Part shown: in pieces, positions 13,291 to 23,745 of the stretch
How positions within the stretch are numbered: the first letter of the stretch is position 1
Layout of the letters: each line of letters starts with the position of its first letter
Origin: Prorocentrum cordatum
Taxonomy: Eukaryota
Direction of reading: 5' to 3'
NCBI GenBank assembly: GCA_963575745.1
Contig: CAUYUJ010000137.1
Span: forward strand, 62,001-126,000
Length of the DNA: 64,000 nucleotides
The notes under the pieces: model-generated
Told to the model about the DNA's origin: nothing
Database searches by the model: none
The model's input: the letters and a program-made list of their open reading frames with translations, nothing else
Position numbers and translations under genes: made by a program

Positions 13291-16200
13291 TGCTTCTACT
13301 GAATGGGGGATCTCAGCAAGGATGCCTCGAAGGGGCCGCCCGCGTTCCTCCCAGGGGTAGTCGAGCAGCCACTCGCTCTTGCGAGAACTGCTGGGCCTGC
13401 CACCCCCAAGCTCGGAAGGGGCGCCCCTCCAAGGCAATCCGTTGCGGGGAGAGGGCGAGGCGGAGAGTGGGAGCCGGCAGCAAACCTCGGGCGAGCGCGG
13501 CCCTACGGCCCCATGGCGCGGTCACATCTTCTAGCAGGTTGGGGGAGGTAGTACGTTTCAAGCGTGGCGTGGTCACACCGTCGGAGGTTCGGAGAAGGGG
13601 AGGGCTGGGCGGCGGTGGCGGCGGGGTAAGTTTGAAGCGTTGGGGGCGTTGGGCCGCCGACGTCGACGATCAGAGCGCGTTATCTTCCTTTCCGAAGCAA
13701 GCGGCTGACGCCTCGATCTCGAAATGATCCGCGCGCCGGTCTCTGCGCGCTAATTCGTGCTGGAGCGAGCCGTGAGAATCCATCTTCCTCCACCTCGCCG
13801 AACCTCCTACTCATCCCTCCTTCCCTTCCTACTCCTCCTCATTCTCATCCATCCCCTCTCTATCACTCATTCGCGTTCCGCACCCTAGTCTGACATAAGG
13901 GCATCACTTCTTACGGGCCTGCTTGGCCTGCGGCGCGGAGCTCCCGAACGCGGCCTCTGCTGCCTTGAACGTGGTGCGCATGGGCTCGACCACGTGCCAC
14001 AAGCCCCAGGCCTCGACGACGTTCGCCTTTGCCTCCTCCACGTCGGAGGACCGAAGGGGAGGAGAGCCGATGAGGAATGCTGAAACAGATGGGTAGGGGG
14101 GCCTTGGGTGCCACCACGCGGCACTTCGTCTGGTCACCATTCCCTCCTCCTCCTCCCCCTCCTCCCCCTCCCCCCCCCCTGCTCCTCCTCAGTCTATCCT
14201 CCTCCTGGTCCGCCTCCTTGCCCCGCTGACTTCCCTGCAATGCGGCCCGTGATCAGCCCGAAAGACGCGTCAAGCACAGACGCAGTCTGCTTGATCTGGC
14301 GCGCGAAGGGCTTCAACCACTCCTCGTCATCCACCTTGTATCGAAGCTAACTTACATATGGGCTTTCAGCGATCAACGAAACCACGAAACCCAACGAACA
14401 AAACAACAACAAACGCATGATTTCGGGGGGGGTAAACCTTGTCGGCCCCACGGGCCCTCGTCACCCGATCTGCGGCGCTGCCCGCGCCACCTTGAGCCCG
14501 CCGAAGAGTGCTTTCAGGGTGGAGGCGTGGCCGAGCAACTTTGCGATCTCTGGGTCGAGGTGCGACGCGCTACCGCTGGCCCCCTCGCTCGGACGCTCCT
14601 TCCAGGCTCCGAATTCGGGCGGGAAGGGCCCGAGATGGCAGGAGGAGGAGGGACGAGGTAGAGGAGGAGGAGGGAGGAGCTCCTGCAGGGAGGAGGAGGA
14701 GGAGAAGAAGGGAAAGGGGGAGGAGGAGGAAGAGGAGGAGGAGGAGGACGGATCCGAGAGAGAACGATAAGACAAGGGTGATCGCGCGCACCCTCATCGT
14801 CAACGATCGGGGGGTGAGAGGCTCAAGGGCGAAGCTAGCATCGAGCTGCCCTTGCAGGGCCCGGGCCCCCTGCCCCATCGATCCCGAACTTCCGAAGAGC
14901 ACTTTTGAACGCGGAAACGGAGGTGGATGGGGGAGGAAGAGGGGGAGGAGGAGGATGAGGAGGAGGAGCTGGAGGAGGAGGAGGCTGAGGAGGAGAGAGG
15001 CGCCAAATCACGATCGCGCAGATCGAGAGAAGCAGCTCAAATCGGCGCCAGCGGCAGTCCTTCTCGGACATGTCGCTGTCGCTGTAGTAGCTGCTGTAGC
15101 TGTCGTCGCCCTTCTCCTTCTTCGCCTGCCCCCCTTAATTCTCAATGGTTCGGGGCGGGAAGCAGGAGCAGGGGATGTATTCCTCCTCATCTCCCTGAAC
15201 CTCCTCTCCTGTTCCTCCTCGCCCTCATCCTCCTCGTGCTCCTCATCTGCTTCCTCCTGATTCCCCGTGTCACTCCAACTTCTCATCAATCATCCTCCTA
15301 TCCCCACTTCCCTCAGCCGTCGCTGACTCATCCAACCCCCCTCCAACTATCAACCCTCCCCTCCTTGGTCTCGCAGGGCGCTGGCAACTTCTGCATCTGG
15401 CTCTTGATGTCGGCAGTCTTCCGCATCGGATGGCCCTGCGCTCAATCGGGGCGACCGTCGTTGTCATCGCCGTCGTCGCCATCGCCAACCCGATTCATCG
15501 CTAACAGCACCACCACCTGCCGTCATCGTCATCGCCGCCCTCAGTCGTCAGAGGGAGGAGGAGGAGGAGGAGGGGGAAGAGGAGGAGGAGGACGAGGACG
15601 ACGAGGGGGAGGAGGAGAGGGATGAGGAGGAGGGGGGGGGGGAGGAGGAGGGGGGAGGAAGAGGAGGCGGCAGCAAACCGGAACGAGGTCGGCACGCTCG
15701 AGGTCGCTCAAGCTCAGCTTCTTGAACATATTCTCCTTGTGTTGTGGGTGCTCCTCCCCTGCCGTATATCATGGCTGCTCTTCCATTCCCCAATTCCACG
15801 CCTCGCTCCTGCTCATCCTGGAACTCTCATTCGGGAGGTCTGGAACTCCAGACTCGCATCAATCGATCGCTCGATATCGACGTCAATCGAGATGCACAGC
15901 TCGAGTCTTGCCATGCACCCCTCCCCACCATGGTGTATCCAGTAACTTGTTGCAGAACGCCACGATGGAATCGACCCGCGCTTTCATCCTGCGCAGGTGG
16001 ATGGGGAGCGGTGCCCATGCTCACCTCCTCCGTTCTCCTCCTGGAGGTGATCATCATATCATGCTCGTATCGCTGCCTCGTCGCCCTCGTCTTAGTCCCC
16101 CTCGTCTTTCGTCCCCGTACTCGTCCTCATCAGATCATCCTTCGACCCCCCCCGTCCTCGTCCTTTTCGTTATCCCCCCCCCCCCCCCCGTTCCCCCATC

Positions 16201-16840
16201 GCATCCCTCCTCCCCTTCAGCTTCGCAAGTGGGGCAAAGGGCGCCTGGCCCCGCACTCGGACTTCGAATTCTCGAACGTCCAGCCGCCGTCGCGCAGGAG
16301 GTCGTCGCATGTAAACCCGGGGCAACCCACGCTGGCCCGAAAGAAACCCAGGCGGGAGGAGGAGGGGGGAGGAATTGAACTCTCAAACGTTTGCGAACCC
16401 CTAAGAACCAATTGCCAGTAGTGTCCTGGCGGGTGGCGCGGCCCTTGCTCTCAGATTTCGCGTGCCCGATCTGGAGGTCGCCCAGGCATCCAGTCCCCTT
16501 CCAGATCTTCTCCCATTCGTGCTTCTGCTTGCGCGTGCTGTGCTTGAAGTCGTGGTACATCTCTGGTTTGTCTCTCTTGATGGCCGCCCTTGCGTGGGAT
16601 CCCGCACCCTCGTTGCATCCTGTTCCCCCCCTGGCCTCCTCCGTCCTCCTCCCGTGGGGGTGGTGCGCCCATCAAGCCTGAGGCGCGCCAGTGCGTTCTC
16701 GTGTTCCGCAGCAGCCGGGCGGTCCGCCTTCTGTTCCTCTGTGCGCTCGGTCTTCTTTGGCCCCTGAGCGACGTTCTTCTCTCTGGCAGCAGCCCGCTTC
16801 CCTTTGGGGGGAATCGCCTCCCCACCCCGATCTGGTCACC

Positions 16841-16902
16841 ATATATATATATATATATATATACATATATACATATATACATACATATATAGAGAGAGAG
16901 AG
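16841..16902. repeat. (AT)n/(AG)n microsatellite, left insertion flank
   Basis: Seen directly; the (AG)n continues at 34813-34876. Confidence 0.95.
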
Positions 16903-17098
16903 TGTGTATGGGGTTGAAGTACAACGGTACAGAACCCTTAATCCGTTGGTAGAGAGAAGGAGGGATAGATGGATATCTTTCCCTCCCGCACGATCAAGGT
17001 CTGATCGATCTATCTCAGTACCTGAGCCCAAACGGCCAGGCGCAGGAGAGGTAAGGATAAGGAGTAAATACGAGGGTATTACACGGGTTCCATTCACA
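16903..17098 (-). repeat. 3' LTR (196 bp)
   Basis: TGTG...CACA termini; 5 substitutions relative to 34617-34812. Confidence 0.97.
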
Positions 17099-17109
17099 CC
17101 CCCCGTCCC
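17099..17109 (-). promoter_or_regulatory. Polypurine tract (PPT)
   Basis: Minus strand GGGACGGGGGG immediately precedes the TG of the 3' LTR. Confidence 0.85.
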
Positions 17110-17785
17110 GAATCCCGCCCGTTAAGGCGGGACTCGGGAACAGAGGAAGGAATCCGTAACCTCTGAACTCCTTTAGTCCTTAAGTCAGAAGGCAGCTGGG
17201 CTTAAAATCAGCGAAGCCACAGCTGCCAAGTGAAGTTAGAAGGAGCACCCTAAGTCCCCCTTTCTTCTCCAAGCACGCTTTGGTGCCCCCTCGGTGCGCC
17301 CCCCAAAACGCTTCGGCACTCGAGGGCGGAGAAGAATGAGACAAGGGTGGGCGGAGAAAGAAGATCTGAGCGTTAAAGCAACATGCAAACTGCCTCGCTT
17401 CTGCGAGGCAGGTGTTGCCACCAGCTAGCAGATTATTCTCGACGCAATCAGGTTTAAACTTGTTAAACTATGCATGCTAAGATCGCGTTGACGAACGCGA
17501 TCTTGACATGAAACACATCATTGTGTGAAAGCGAATGTCTGGCCAGACAAAATGTCGCGTTGATGAACACGAAAATCATGTGTAAAAGCTCTGTTTGGCG
17601 ACTCCCGTTGGCGTTGCTCCTTAGGAGGCTGCCTCGGTGATCGCAAAAGGTATTTGTGCGTGTGTGTGTGTGGCCACTTTTGTTATATATTGAAGTGGCC
17701 TAAGATATGAAATAGCCACCGCTCAAGACGAACCTTGGTTATATTGAAGTTCGTGCCTTGAGCGGTGGGCCTTGCGGCCGACGCA

Positions 17786-20398
17786 CTACGCGTTGCCGTT
17801 CTTGTAGAACCTGCGGTCCCACATCCTCTGGCCGTTGTACGTCGCGTAGCTCGTCGCGAATGTCTCCCAAGCCGTTCTCGGGATCCAGTTGCGAAACCAA
17901 TCGTTGTACGTGATGTCCTGGATGTAAACGTACTCATCGTTGTTGATCGCAATGTAGATCGGACAGTTGATGTAGTAACTCCAGTACCTGAGGCCCCAGT
18001 AGCTGTCCTCAAGGTCATCGCGCCAATACGCGGCGTAATCTGATGTACGCGCTCTCTTGGCACGCGGCCCCGCGGGCGTGTAGTCCGTCGCGCCTGAGGC
18101 GCTGGACGCAGCAGCATCGCCAGGAGCAGGGCGCGGCGGCGGCCGCGGATGGCGCGGCGGCTCCATGGCATCATCGGACTGGTGGGATTGTGTATCGGGA
18201 TCGGTTCTCATCCCTGTATCAACCCCCCTCTGGTCGGTATGTGCCGGATCGAGGGAGCCTAACAACTCATTGGCAATCGCGGCAAGCTTACGCTGAGTGA
18301 ACTGTTCACGGGTTCCGTCCCTTCTAGGGAGGGAAACCGTGACCAGTCCGCGGGCCTGCCGCGTCTGCCTGTCGATGCGCCCCTCGTTCAGCCACCATTT
18401 CCTCCGACCAGCCTGTCCTGTCCTAATGCTGACGTCGAGGATGTCCCACGCATCGCGCATGTCCTCCACTGTCCAGGGCTTCTTGCCGACGTTCACGCGG
18501 GCACCTGTCATTTGGTGGTGGAACTTGAGGTCGTTGAGAAAGCGTTGTACGAGATTGGCGAATGGGTAATACAGAGGTCGGTCGTCGTCGGCTTCGCCCA
18601 TCAGTCTGCACTCATGTGCAGGAGGGCTACCTGCTTCGACCCACTTCTGATGCCTCTTTTTGGACACATTGGCCAATCTCCGCAACTGGTCTTTCTCGTT
18701 GCCTGCATGCGATCGCGCACCCGTCATAATGACGTGCGCACCGTCCTTCATGTATCTCGCGATGTGGTCCTCCGAGAGTGTCGTCTTGATCCAATTCGTC
18801 AGCTTCTGGAGGTACGCGAGATCGCTCTGTGTGGCGGTGCTCTTACCCGTGGCACCTACGGCCACGGTATACTGCCAACAGGTATCACAAAGTGCGCCGT
18901 CACCTGTGACAATCCCGAGGGACAGATCTCGACCGCAATTCTGACAGAGCGGTATGGGATGCAAGATCGTCTCGGGGGCCCCTTCCGAAGCGAGGTGATC
19001 GCGGGATCCCCAGCGGGTGTCCTGACCGCGAGCAAGGCTCTGACCGATCTGATTGATCGCCTCACGATTGGTCTCGGTGTTCGGTCGGGAAGCGATCGAT
19101 CTACTTAAACCCTCGATCTCGATCCTAGACAATCTTTCCCCTGGCAGTCCTTTGTACTCTATCTTGGTGTTGTCGGTATCCTCGGCACCGCCATGGCGTA
19201 CGTTCTCCTCGCGAAGACGGCGAGCTTTCTCCTGCAAGGTAGCCTCGTTGTCGCCCTCCTCGCGCTTGAGTCCCGTCTGCTCGGCTATGATACGTACCAT
19301 AGTTTCCTGATCGGGAGCTGCAGACGCAACGCTGCCTGGATCCTGGGGAATATCCTGCTCAGCGCCTTGCTCACGAGGCGCAGCAGATGTTTCCACCAGC
19401 TCTTCCCATACAGGAAAATCTGGATTACCGTATGTCTCAGTACAATTTTTGAATAGGTCACGCAATGCCTGAAGTGCAGGATGGTTCTCATGGATGGCCT
19501 CTTTGGCGAAATCTGGAAGCTCCGCAATACTATCTTTCAAGATGTTCTGGTATACTTTGGAGATCCATTGAAAGATGCCTGTGGTCGACTCCTCGATAGT
19601 CTCTGGGTCGAGGTAGTGTACCAACTTTTTGAAGAAATGATCTGCACTGCAATTTGGTAAGTCACGTGCCCATTTGTGGGTATGATTGTAGTTCAATTGG
19701 TATGACTCCGCATTCCATGCTTTCGATCCAAATCGAATTTCAAATTGTAAATGTGACTGAGTTTTGTCCATTACAATTCTGTCTGCGCCACTGTGTATCT
19801 CGATGATCTGTTTCATCTTGATCATAGGCGAATCCACCAGCAGCTCCGATGTCCAACAATATACACAGCAGTCATCAGACTGTTTAATCCATCTTGAATC
19901 CTCGTCGGGGTCGTAATCTGGATGGTTAAGGAAGTCCGATGGCGGGTCAATGATGTTGTCGAGGATACTTGCCTCAATCTGCTCATCTGCTTGGATGTCT
20001 GCCGAGAGGTCTGCTCTCATGTTGTCGTTCGCAGCTTTCTCTTCAGCAGTGAGCGTTATGATCGATATGTACACGATTACGGCGATCGATGGATCACGCG
20101 ATGATGCTGCAGTCTGTCGAGGATTGTCGCCCGCATGAGCGTTGTCCTCGGCAGGTGTGGCCACCAGCTCGTCTGGATCGGGTGTCCGAGGAGCGGGCCT
20201 TCTTGGCGGTGTACGCGGAATACGTGGTCTAAGAATGCTCGGCATGCCAAGGTATGGTAAACTGCCGTCAGTCTTGTGCTGGAGTATCTTTTCGCTGCAT
20301 GATGTCGGACCTTTCAGGGCGGTCTCCATCCACGTTGGGTCAATGGCGTGTTCTTCGATACGAATCGGTAATGCAAAGACAACGCCCTTGAGGGGCAT
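17786..20398 (-). CDS. Cargo ORF, C-terminal segment (870 aa): unknown domains with a C4 zinc finger
   Basis: Long open frame; CQNC-x13-CDTC at ~18875-18950; joins the upstream segment via a single frameshift near 20420 (WVN/TWYNDKSMPLKG). Confidence 0.75.
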   Translation of the reverse strand: MPLKGVVFALPIRIEEHAIDPTWMETALKGPTSCSEKILQHKTDGSLPYLGMPSILRPRIPRTPPRRPAPRTPDPDELVATPAEDNAHAGDNPRQTAASSRDPSIAVIVYISIITLTAEEKAANDNMRADLSADIQADEQIEASILDNIIDPPSDFLNHPDYDPDEDSRWIKQSDDCCVYCWTSELLVDSPMIKMKQIIEIHSGADRIVMDKTQSHLQFEIRFGSKAWNAESYQLNYNHTHKWARDLPNCSADHFFKKLVHYLDPETIEESTTGIFQWISKVYQNILKDSIAELPDFAKEAIHENHPALQALRDLFKNCTETYGNPDFPVWEELVETSAAPREQGAEQDIPQDPGSVASAAPDQETMVRIIAEQTGLKREEGDNEATLQEKARRLREENVRHGGAEDTDNTKIEYKGLPGERLSRIEIEGLSRSIASRPNTETNREAINQIGQSLARGQDTRWGSRDHLASEGAPETILHPIPLCQNCGRDLSLGIVTGDGALCDTCWQYTVAVGATGKSTATQSDLAYLQKLTNWIKTTLSEDHIARYMKDGAHVIMTGARSHAGNEKDQLRRLANVSKKRHQKWVEAGSPPAHECRLMGEADDDRPLYYPFANLVQRFLNDLKFHHQMTGARVNVGKKPWTVEDMRDAWDILDVSIRTGQAGRRKWWLNEGRIDRQTRQARGLVTVSLPRRDGTREQFTQRKLAAIANELLGSLDPAHTDQRGVDTGMRTDPDTQSHQSDDAMEPPRHPRPPPRPAPGDAAASSASGATDYTPAGPRAKRARTSDYAAYWRDDLEDSYWGLRYWSYYINCPIYIAINNDEYVYIQDITYNDWFRNWIPRTAWETFATSYATYNGQRMWDRRFYKNGNA

Positions 20399-20408
20399 GC
20401 TTTTGTCA

Positions 20409-21530
20409 TTATACCATGTTTACCCATCGTAAACCGTAGTTAAGAATAGGTACTTGCACCGCAAAGAACTTGTCGAAGATGCCGAAATGGATGATTGGAC
20501 AATATATGTGTCCCTTGGTCAAGGCAATCTTGGTATTGTGATTGCCTTTGGGCCAGTGGTTGTCGTAATGAAAGCATGTGGTAGAACCCCAATTCTTGAC
20601 GACAATGAAGTCTCCCATTCGAACATCATTAAATGCAGGGCGACGGTCCCAATCTTTTTGCATGATCTTCGATGTGATCGGTCGAAGAGCTTCGCGACAA
20701 TATGACAATGCGATTAACCATTCTTTATCATCTGCTTTGTGATTGGTCTCCCGAATCATAGCGCGGACTATTTGTTCATCCAAGGCGTCTTCTGCAGACG
20801 TACGACCAGCAGGGGTTTCCCCCAGCTTGGCCGAAGTTGCTGACGCTGACGTCGCCCTTGGAGGCTCCATGTTGTGGTCGGGGTCGATAGGTGCCAATCC
20901 AGGAGGGTCGTCGATGAGCTCTCCAGGAAGGCAGGCGCAAATCTCGTACTTGCTCAATGGCTCTCTTGCTGCCAATGGCGGGTAGTCCCATGGGTCGCCA
21001 TCTGGCCATAACTGCTGGCCATGCATGTGGTGTGGTTTGAGGCGGCGAACTGTAATAATTGCCGCAGCGGGTACCACGTCCCCTGTCATGATAGCGCCCT
21101 GAACACCCAACCAAAATCTGCAACCTGCTTTTGTGGCGATTTCCATGTTGATCACCAGCTCGACCTCGGTCTTGTAGTTATTGAACTTGTATGATTCCAC
21201 TGAAGTGCGTGGAGTATTTTGAACATTGTTCAAATATGTGCTAGAACTAAAGAATGCCTCAGATCGCTGTGATGGTTTATGATATTTGTCTCTCTGAGAA
21301 GTTGGATCAACGTATCCAGGAATGATCCCTGTCTTCAATATGTTCTTCCAAGCGCGGGATGCTGTGCCGTGATGGAGATATTTAACATCTGTCCACTGTA
21401 GGCTCTCCCATCCCATATTCCATGGCTTGGAAGATGGATTGACACAACTGTGACCACCAACGCACCGAATAGCGATGACGCTGTTCCAGTCAAAAGAACT
21501 GGGGTCACCTCCCTCAGGGATCGGCTTGGC
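20409..21530 (-). CDS. Cargo ORF segment: C-terminal part of the Tpt1/KptA-like domain plus downstream unknown region
   Basis: IAIRCVGGHS, YLHHGT..AWKNILKTGIIPG, RSEAFFS, VELVINM, GCRFWLGVQGAIMTGDVVP. Confidence 0.8.
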   Translation of the reverse strand, partial: AKPIPEGGDPSSFDWNSVIAIRCVGGHSCVNPSSKPWNMGWESLQWTDVKYLHHGTASRAWKNILKTGIIPGYVDPTSQRDKYHKPSQRSEAFFSSSTYLNNVQNTPRTSVESYKFNNYKTEVELVINMEIATKAGCRFWLGVQGAIMTGDVVPAAAIITVRRLKPHHMHGQQLWPDGDPWDYPPLAAREPLSKYEICACLPGELIDDPPGLAPIDPDHNMEPPRATSASATSAKLGETPAGRTSAEDALDEQIVRAMIRETNHKADDKEWLIALSYCREALRPITSKIMQKDWDRRPAFNDVRMGDFIVVKNWGSTTCFHYDNHWPKGNHNTKIALTKGHIYCPIIHFGIFDKFFAVQVPILNYGLRWVNMV

Positions 21531-21885
21531 ATATATATATATATATATATATATCGATTCTGTTTTTCTGCGAATCAATATGCTTCTGGAACGCACGAAT
21601 AATGAATATCGGATAGTAGTCGTTCCAATCGGTATATCCATCATGTTCACCATCTTTCTTAAAGTGTGCCACTGCCGCTTCCATGGATGGTCCATTGTGT
21701 TTGTCTTTGCGATCTCTGAATTTCCATTCGACCATCTCTTTAAAGGGTTCCCAATTGCTTGGAATCTTCCATTCAGTCTTTGTTGTTTTCTCCCAGATAT
21801 TGATACGTCTGTCATGAAATTGGTTGATCCAAAACTTTTTGTAGTGAATCTCATGGCGTAACATAGTCGTAATGTCTTTGCTCAT
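21048..21885 (-). other. Tpt1/KptA-family RNA 2'-phosphotransferase-like domain (split by the (AT)12 frameshift)
   Basis: Ordered motifs SKDITTMLRH, DGY, KNRI, IRCVGGHS, HHGT, ILKTG, RSEAFFS, GCRFW..GAIMT match the Tpt1 pattern SK.LS..LRH / DGW / K.RF / IRA.QGHS / HGT / R.H.HF / G..F..S.NGV.LT. Confidence 0.8.
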
Positions 21886-23739
21886 GTATTTGTTTGTTCC
21901 CAGCCATTCTTCCTCAATTAGCTCGGGACCATAACGTACATCGTCGTAATGTGGTAATGATTTCCATTCCCACTCTGGGAAGCAACCAGACTGTGCAATG
22001 TCAGGCGCATGAGCAATCACACTATCATCATGCAATAGCTGCTCGTACCATTCATGGTCTCCCATGCAGGCAAATCCATTGGTCGCACGCGTGCCCCGCA
22101 ACATTGGGCACATGTATGGATGGTCATCTTTGACGCCTGCTTGTAGCTTCCACTCGCGAATAGTGCATGAGTTATCGAAGATCCCGATCTTGCTGGTATC
22201 CTCGTGCATGGAACGCTCGCAGCTGTCCTGCCATGACAATATATTCATCTCATGTGGAGAAGGCTCCTCCTCGGCAGGAGTTGCCTCCAGCTCCATGGCC
22301 TCAAGGTCGGTGCCGTCGTCAGGGATCGGTACCGCCTCAGCTTTTGGGAGCTGATCTGCTGGTTGTTGTTCTGCTTTGGGTTCTGGAGTCGATGGCTGCG
22401 ACACTTTTATCGATTGCGGTCCAGGTTGCAGTGGATCAGGCAATGGGCCTGGTGGGGCTGGCTGTGCTGTGTCAGCGGCTGCCTTCCATACGGATGTAGG
22501 AACATCAGGGTCATGACCCAAAGCAACTCGATCCAGTGCATTCTGCTTGAAGAATGTTTTGCATGCCTCGATGTTCTTCTCGTTTTCGGCAGCTGGGCCG
22601 ATGCGGTGAGAAGACAACCTGTTATCTTCTGCAATGATTCTTGTTTTGGTCGCATTATCATCTCCATCCAAATCTTTGATCTGATGTAAGAATTGCTCGA
22701 ATACAACCCAAGTAACTGCATGTGCATCTTCAACAGTTTTGACGATCTTGGGATGTAGGAGCTCATCTTTCTCAAGAGAATGCCAAGATGCCCAAGCCCC
22801 AGGGTATTCTTTGATCAACAGCATGAGGTACTGGAATAAGTCGTTGTATGCGATAACCCATGGATCATTATCAGGAAGGGTTTGGTCAGGATCGCCAGGG
22901 TCAGGTGCTGGCGTACGTGTCGACATTCCAGGAGTCGGCTCAGTGGTGTCGCCTGTCTCGGCAGGCAGTGATGCCGGCAATGTGCCCTCGGCACATGACG
23001 CCATCCACGCACAATGAGCCATCTCGTTTGCCGTCTGTGTCATCAACGTTGTGAGGCTGAGGTCTCTTGTCCATTCGTTTGTCAACTTTTCTCTGAAACC
23101 GAGGGCTGCCATGATTTCTTTGGCCTGCGTGTAGGCCTGATTATCCGTGACAGCAGTCAGCAATGGCGGCCTGAATGGATATGGCTGAGAAGGCAGAGAC
23201 TGCATCAAAGCGCAGAAATTGCGATAGCATACTGCGTCGCAGAATTGCGTTGTAAACATTGCCATGGTATGGTTATTATGCTTGGCGTGCCAAGCCTGTG
23301 GGGTAATCCTGTCGTACGTATCCACCCAATGGTCGGATGGAAGAACAGTGATACCACGGTTCTGCATGATATTGATCAGGTCGCTCGTGTGGTGATCAAA
23401 GTTCGGATGTACGCCCCATTGCGCTGCTTTTCCAGGTCCCATGACCGTGGGGCAGCGGAAATACTGCATCACGTCGACAAAACGTGACACGTCCACGAGC
23501 ACGTGTACGGGCATGAGCGTCGGGACGCCGCCCTCACATTCCATATTTTGGAGCTCGTATACGTTAGTAGGAGCACGATTCTGATGTCGGCGCATGTCGA
23601 TGGTGTTTTGTCCATGATTGGCACATGCGATGTCGTTCGCGCCCCATACTACCATGGCATTGAGTCCCCTGCAATAGTGTCTTTGTTTTACGTATGATGG
23701 AAAATCATTGGCCCAGTAATCCCAGATAGTCTCATTCAA
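21514..23739 (-). CDS. Cargo ORF middle segment (741 aa): SGNH-like C-terminal half, acidic/Pro linker, Tpt1 N-terminal lobe
   Basis: In frame with 23746-25536 across a single TGA; contains VVWGANDI, D..P.AWH and SKDITTMLRH. Confidence 0.75.
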   Translation of the reverse strand: MNETIWDYWANDFPSYVKQRHYCRGLNAMVVWGANDIACANHGQNTIDMRRHQNRAPTNVYELQNMECEGGVPTLMPVHVLVDVSRFVDVMQYFRCPTVMGPGKAAQWGVHPNFDHHTSDLINIMQNRGITVLPSDHWVDTYDRITPQAWHAKHNNHTMAMFTTQFCDAVCYRNFCALMQSLPSQPYPFRPPLLTAVTDNQAYTQAKEIMAALGFREKLTNEWTRDLSLTTLMTQTANEMAHCAWMASCAEGTLPASLPAETGDTTEPTPGMSTRTPAPDPGDPDQTLPDNDPWVIAYNDLFQYLMLLIKEYPGAWASWHSLEKDELLHPKIVKTVEDAHAVTWVVFEQFLHQIKDLDGDDNATKTRIIAEDNRLSSHRIGPAAENEKNIEACKTFFKQNALDRVALGHDPDVPTSVWKAAADTAQPAPPGPLPDPLQPGPQSIKVSQPSTPEPKAEQQPADQLPKAEAVPIPDDGTDLEAMELEATPAEEEPSPHEMNILSWQDSCERSMHEDTSKIGIFDNSCTIREWKLQAGVKDDHPYMCPMLRGTRATNGFACMGDHEWYEQLLHDDSVIAHAPDIAQSGCFPEWEWKSLPHYDDVRYGPELIEEEWLGTNKYMSKDITTMLRHEIHYKKFWINQFHDRRINIWEKTTKTEWKIPSNWEPFKEMVEWKFRDRKDKHNGPSMEAAVAHFKKDGEHDGYTDWNDYYPIFIIRAFQKHIDSQKNRIDIYIYIYICQADP

Positions 23740-23745
23740 CTCGCG

